Assembly: GCA_052033375.1 (NCBI GenBank)
Contig: JBPOJQ010000006.1
Span: forward strand, 24,791-88,790
Direction: 5' to 3'
DNA: 64,000 nt
Origin: Candidatus Magasanikiibacteriota bacterium
GTDB taxonomy: Bacteria; Patescibacteriota; Patescibacteriia; Magasanikbacterales; UBA922
The notes under the pieces are model-generated. The model saw nothing but the letters and a program-made list of their open reading frames with translations, did not search any database and was not told the DNA's origin. Each line of letters starts with the position of its first letter. Within the stretch, counting starts at the first letter, position 1. Of this stretch, positions 59,975 to 64,000 are shown piece by piece. Both the position numbers and the translations under genes were made by a program.

Positions 59975-60901
59975 TTACTTTCGATGAGACCAATTGTGCC
60001 AACTCACCAAAAGCGAAGACGCAATAAATATTGAAGAATACGTACCAAAGAAAATACCAACAATCAACGCAAGAACAAAATATCTGATAGATTCTCCTCC
60101 AAAGAAAAATAATGAAGTGAGTACGATGAGAACGGTGACCGAAGTATTAATCGAACGCACAAATGTTTCATTAAACGCACGATTCACCAATCCAATGAAA
60201 TCACTCGTGCCATAACGAGTCAAATTTTCACGAATTCGATCAAAGACGACAATAGTGTCATTGATAGAATATCCAAGAATAGTAAGAAGTGCGACGACAA
60301 ACGGAATACCTACTTCCACACCATAGAAATGCCCGAGCAATGCAAATACTCCAAGTGTAATGATAATATCATGAAACAGTGCAACAATAGCTGCGGCACC
60401 ATATTTCCATGAAGCAACCGGACGTGAAACTTTTCTGAAAGTATACGCAATATAGAGACCAATCGTGAAGACCACGAATAGTACCGCCTGGATTGAACGC
60501 TCTTTTAGTGACTCGCTGATAGTAGCACCTACCGTCTCCACGCTTTTTTCTAATACACGATTTTCTGGAGTAGAAGAAGTCGCCCCTGTCTCAAATTTTG
60601 TACGTGCATCGCTAAGAATTTTCTGATGCTCTGTCTCAGTGACAAAACGGAGACGAAGCAAATATCCATCTTCCCCGACTGGCTGCACGACAGACGCTCC
60701 ATAGGTCTCTTGAGGCAATATTGACTGCATGTCTTCGAGTGAAGGTCGTGTGTGTGTAAAACCAAGCTCAATTGCTGATCCTCCAGTAAAATCAATTCCT
60801 GGCTTCAATCCATACATAACCAAACTCACTACACTCACCACCACAAAAAACAATGAGATCAGGAAAAAATAATTTCGTTTTGCTACAAATGCAATATTCA
60901 T
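59975..60901 (-). CDS. secF: Protein translocase subunit SecF
   Basis: GIDFTGG, HDII, GYSINDTIVVFDRIRE, GTYSSIFIA. Confidence 0.96.
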   Translation of the reverse strand: MNIAFVAKRNYFFLISLFFVVVSVVSLVMYGLKPGIDFTGGSAIELGFTHTRPSLEDMQSILPQETYGASVVQPVGEDGYLLRLRFVTETEHQKILSDARTKFETGATSSTPENRVLEKSVETVGATISESLKERSIQAVLFVVFTIGLYIAYTFRKVSRPVASWKYGAAAIVALFHDIIITLGVFALLGHFYGVEVGIPFVVALLTILGYSINDTIVVFDRIRENLTRYGTSDFIGLVNRAFNETFVRSINTSVTVLIVLTSLFFFGGESIRYFVLALIVGIFFGTYSSIFIASSLLVSWHNWSHRK

Positions 60902-60905
60902 ATGA

Positions 60906-62951
60906 TTATGATTGTTCAGGCGAGTGACCTCCGCCAAGGAATAATTTTCCGCCATCGCGTTTTTTGAACCATGGCACGACGAATCTGAGCAATACACGAG
61001 TAACAGTAATCGCACTAAACATACTCACCAAAATACCTATAATCAAAGTAACCGCAAATCCTTTGACAAAGCTCGTGCCCAACCAAATCAATAATGCGCA
61101 GGTGATAAGTGTCGATACATTTCCATCTCGAATCGAAGTCCATGCCCGTTTGAATCCCTCTTCAACCGCAACTTTGAGACTTTTTCCACGCTGCAATTCT
61201 TCCTTCATACGTTCAAAGATAAGGACATTCGCATCCACCGCCATTCCAACAGAAAGAATAAATCCTGCAATTCCCGCAAGCGTAAGCGTAACTCCAATAA
61301 ACTTGAATATTGCAAGTGTAAGTACGATATAGAGCGAAAGAGAGATAACTGATAAAAATCCAGGCAATCGATAATAGAAGAACATGAAGAGCATGATCAC
61401 CAACACACCAATCACACCAGCCTTCACACTCATAGTGACTGATTCCTGTCCGAGAGAAGCACCTACCGTCTGCTGACTTGCTAATTCCACGGGAACAGGT
61501 AATGCTCCAGCATTGAGACGCTGTGTCAACGTGCGAGCCTCCTGTACATTACCACTACCAGTAATTACCGCCCGTCCATCTCTGATAACTGTCTGGACAG
61601 TCGGCGCACTGATAATCTCGCCATCGAGGAAAATAGCAACTGTCTTTCCCAAATTTCGTTCTGTAATTTCAGAAAATAATTTGGTACCCTCATCATTAAA
61701 ATTCAAAGCTACTTGTACAGCACCTGTCTGCTGATCAGTAACAACTTCAGACCGTGCAAGCTGTTTTCCTGATAAGCCAGTCTCTTTCCATTGATCGACC
61801 GGGGGGACAATATCTTCTTTTGCCTGAGTTTCAATCAAGATTCTCCATACTTCATATTCTTTTGCAATACGTTCATCTTGCCTGAAAATAATATGAAAAC
61901 CAAATTGCGTCTCGACAGGTCCGATAATTTGCCCGTTCTGTGCACTGAAAAGTGCGGTTTCAAATTCAGGAACAGTAAGACCTGCAGGTACCCATCCCAA
62001 ATTCCCCTGATTCGACGATACCGTCGGATCAGTCGAATTCGCTGTTGCAAGCTCAGCAAAATTATCACCCGTAGCCTGCGCATAGATCTCCTCAGCCTTT
62101 GCTCGAGCTTCTTCTTTGGTATACTGAGGCGCATTACAATTAGTGGCACCGAGATAACAAATCAAAATATGACTTGCAAGCACTTCTTTTCCCCCATCTT
62201 GCTCACGTCCACGTTTCAAAATATTGTATCCATCCGCTGTCTCAACCAATTTTGCTGAAACCATTCCTTCAGTCGAGCTTGCAGCCCATGAATAAATTTC
62301 AGGATATATGTTAGTCGCGCTCACGTATGAAAGATAACCCCCGTTCACCTTACTCTGTTCATCTTCTGATAATTCACGCGCAACATCTTCGATTTTTTCA
62401 CCTTTCTTTACGCGACTAAGAATTTTCTCAGCTCGTTTTTTTGCATCAACATTATATGCGCGCATTGCTTGTTCTTCTTCAGCAGTCAATTCTCGAGCAG
62501 GTTCAGTATTTTGTTCTTTGAATTCCAAAATAGGAGTCTGGCCAATCAAATTAGTAGCTTCAGTGATATCTTGCATTCCCGGTAAATCCACTGTGAGACG
62601 ATATGAGTCACCAACTTTACTTGTTTGCACTTGAGGTTCTGATACTCCGATTCCACTAACTCGACGTTCAATAACATCGCGCACACCTTCAAGTGCTCCT
62701 GCTCGTTCTGTTTCACCAATCGAACTCATGTCTGCTTCGTATACCAAATGCGCTCCACCCTGAAGATCAAGACCTAATTGGAATGGTTTTTCAGACACCT
62801 CAGGGATACCTAATCCAGAGGAATTCAGCCATCGGATAAGCTTATTTGCAGGTTGCGGGTATACAAAAGTACCCGATACAATCAAAAGCGCGAATATTCC
62901 AACAATTCCCCATTTAATTTTCGATCGAATGTCTGTGTTTCTGTGGCTCAT
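60906..62951 (-). CDS. secD: Protein translocase subunit SecD with inserted parvulin (PpiC) domains
   Basis: LGLDLQGG, GMAVDANVLIFER; internal ASHILI...LGW...VPEFE...GPVETQFGFHII. Confidence 0.95.
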   Translation of the reverse strand: MSHRNTDIRSKIKWGIVGIFALLIVSGTFVYPQPANKLIRWLNSSGLGIPEVSEKPFQLGLDLQGGAHLVYEADMSSIGETERAGALEGVRDVIERRVSGIGVSEPQVQTSKVGDSYRLTVDLPGMQDITEATNLIGQTPILEFKEQNTEPARELTAEEEQAMRAYNVDAKKRAEKILSRVKKGEKIEDVARELSEDEQSKVNGGYLSYVSATNIYPEIYSWAASSTEGMVSAKLVETADGYNILKRGREQDGGKEVLASHILICYLGATNCNAPQYTKEEARAKAEEIYAQATGDNFAELATANSTDPTVSSNQGNLGWVPAGLTVPEFETALFSAQNGQIIGPVETQFGFHIIFRQDERIAKEYEVWRILIETQAKEDIVPPVDQWKETGLSGKQLARSEVVTDQQTGAVQVALNFNDEGTKLFSEITERNLGKTVAIFLDGEIISAPTVQTVIRDGRAVITGSGNVQEARTLTQRLNAGALPVPVELASQQTVGASLGQESVTMSVKAGVIGVLVIMLFMFFYYRLPGFLSVISLSLYIVLTLAIFKFIGVTLTLAGIAGFILSVGMAVDANVLIFERMKEELQRGKSLKVAVEEGFKRAWTSIRDGNVSTLITCALLIWLGTSFVKGFAVTLIIGILVSMFSAITVTRVLLRFVVPWFKKRDGGKLFLGGGHSPEQS

Positions 62952-63074
62952 AAGTTAGTGGTCACTATCAATTAGAATGAGCGGTATTTTACGATACATT
63001 GTCTATAGAGTCAAGTTCAGATATACACCCCAAATCAGGCCCGTATGGTATATACAGAAAATGTTTTAATTTAC

Positions 63075-63899
63075 CTAAGGGCTCCCTAGTGGGGGGACGA
63101 CTATCATCGCGGTGCGTCTACCGACTATCGGCTCATGATCCCCGGTCTCATAATCTCGAAAGGATGCCTCAAAATTATGATATGAATAGGTAAATCCCTG
63201 CCCCAGGCGAGTACCCGGATCATTGGTAATAATATGATCCTTCGTATCATCATACCCAATTACAACGAGCATATGTCGCTCAGGTCCGCCGTTCAAAAAA
63301 TTCGGATTATCAAGAATTTGCCCATCAAATGGAATGATAAGGACATTCCCCGCTGCAAGCTCATGCTTCACATCATCGAGAGTAATATCATATTCCACTC
63401 GACCACCGGTATAGCCATAAAATTCTTTCAGTAATCGACCATACGTATCTTCGGCCGACGTATCACGGTAGCTGCCATACTGACGCTCTTCCCAATTAGA
63501 CATACTGGTTATCTCCTCAAGTGCTTCTTGTCTGGTGAGATCTCTGCCATTTGCCCATTTCCACGCCATAATAACTGATGCTTCCTCACATCCATCCTGC
63601 TGACGCTGGTCGCTCCAATCACCAAATGGAGCTTGGGGAGTAAATGGAACATCAAGTAGAACTTTTGTTGGTAATTCTACAACCGAAGGAGTGCTGGTAG
63701 ATGTAGCCTGGGTTTCTACGCCTTCTGTATCTTCTTCATCTGTCCGAACAGGTGAAGAAGATGAAATTGTAATTGGGGTATTATCTACCGAAGAAATTAC
63801 TGGTGGACGACTTTGTGAAAAAAAATAATTAGCTGCAAAAAAACTTGCAACAAGGACTGCTGAACCGAGCGCTAATATACTTATGAGACGTTTAAACAT
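63075..63899 (-). CDS. Exported C39-like cysteine peptidase
   Basis: VPFTPQAP, GCEEAS, HMLVVIGYD, NDPG. Confidence 0.88.
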   Translation of the reverse strand: MFKRLISILALGSAVLVASFFAANYFFSQSRPPVISSVDNTPITISSSSPVRTDEEDTEGVETQATSTSTPSVVELPTKVLLDVPFTPQAPFGDWSDQRQQDGCEEASVIMAWKWANGRDLTRQEALEEITSMSNWEERQYGSYRDTSAEDTYGRLLKEFYGYTGGRVEYDITLDDVKHELAAGNVLIIPFDGQILDNPNFLNGGPERHMLVVIGYDDTKDHIITNDPGTRLGQGFTYSYHNFEASFRDYETGDHEPIVGRRTAMIVVPPLGSP

Positions 63900-63902
63900 A
63901 TT

Positions 63903-64000
63903 CTAAACAATCTGTGATAAATCACCATTAATAATCACTGGTCTTACAGCCTCAATCTCTGACTTATAATAAGGAATCTCAGGAATCGGATTATAGAGAA
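63903..64000 (-). CDS. 3' end of a hypothetical protein running off the right edge
   Basis: Open frame LYNPIPEIPYYKSEIEAVRPVIINGDLSQIV* ending 4 nt before the next start. Confidence 0.6.
   Translation of the reverse strand, partial: LYNPIPEIPYYKSEIEAVRPVIINGDLSQIV

Noticed and set aside
1-64000. Alternative genetic code (TGA or TAA reassignment)
   Set aside because: Conserved genes translate full-length under code 11, TGA terminates genes (49122, 55480), and the single internal TAA in the WecB/TagA gene is isolated.

Overview
Chromosomal segment of a small-genome bacterium using genetic code 11. Gene content and style suggest Patescibacteria/CPR, Parcubacteria-like (inference): archaeal-type UMP kinase, translin, SWIB protein, VirD4/HerA-like ATPase, and core genes mostly lacking Shine-Dalgarno sites. 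Housekeeping genes include gltX, clpB with a CIRCE operator, fmt, murE, sod, rpoD, dnaG, pyrH, cysS, dnaX, folD, dus and secDF. There is an Rrf2-IscS-SufBDSUC-SufT Fe-S cluster locus with ferredoxins. A tRNA-Gln(CUG) is followed by repeats of its own 3' end and an AT-rich three-gene island (OLD-family ATPase/TOPRIM nuclease, putative PD-(D/E)xK nuclease, HExxH protein). The strongest candidate for an undescribed system is at 52.5-56.1 kb: a cobalamin-riboswitch-controlled operon encoding a DUF4430 (transcobalamin beta-domain-like) protein, a stalked surface protein joining a DUF4430-like domain to an alpha/alpha barrel, and an S-component-like membrane protein, which together suggest a transcobalamin-like B12 capture system. 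Other notable items are a likely remote DGR target gene, a circularly permuted DsbA, a SecD with inserted parvulin domains, several promoter-and-terminator-bounded structured RNA candidates, and GC-rich orphan microgene cassettes. All calls come from reading motifs by eye; no database searches or folding computations were run.
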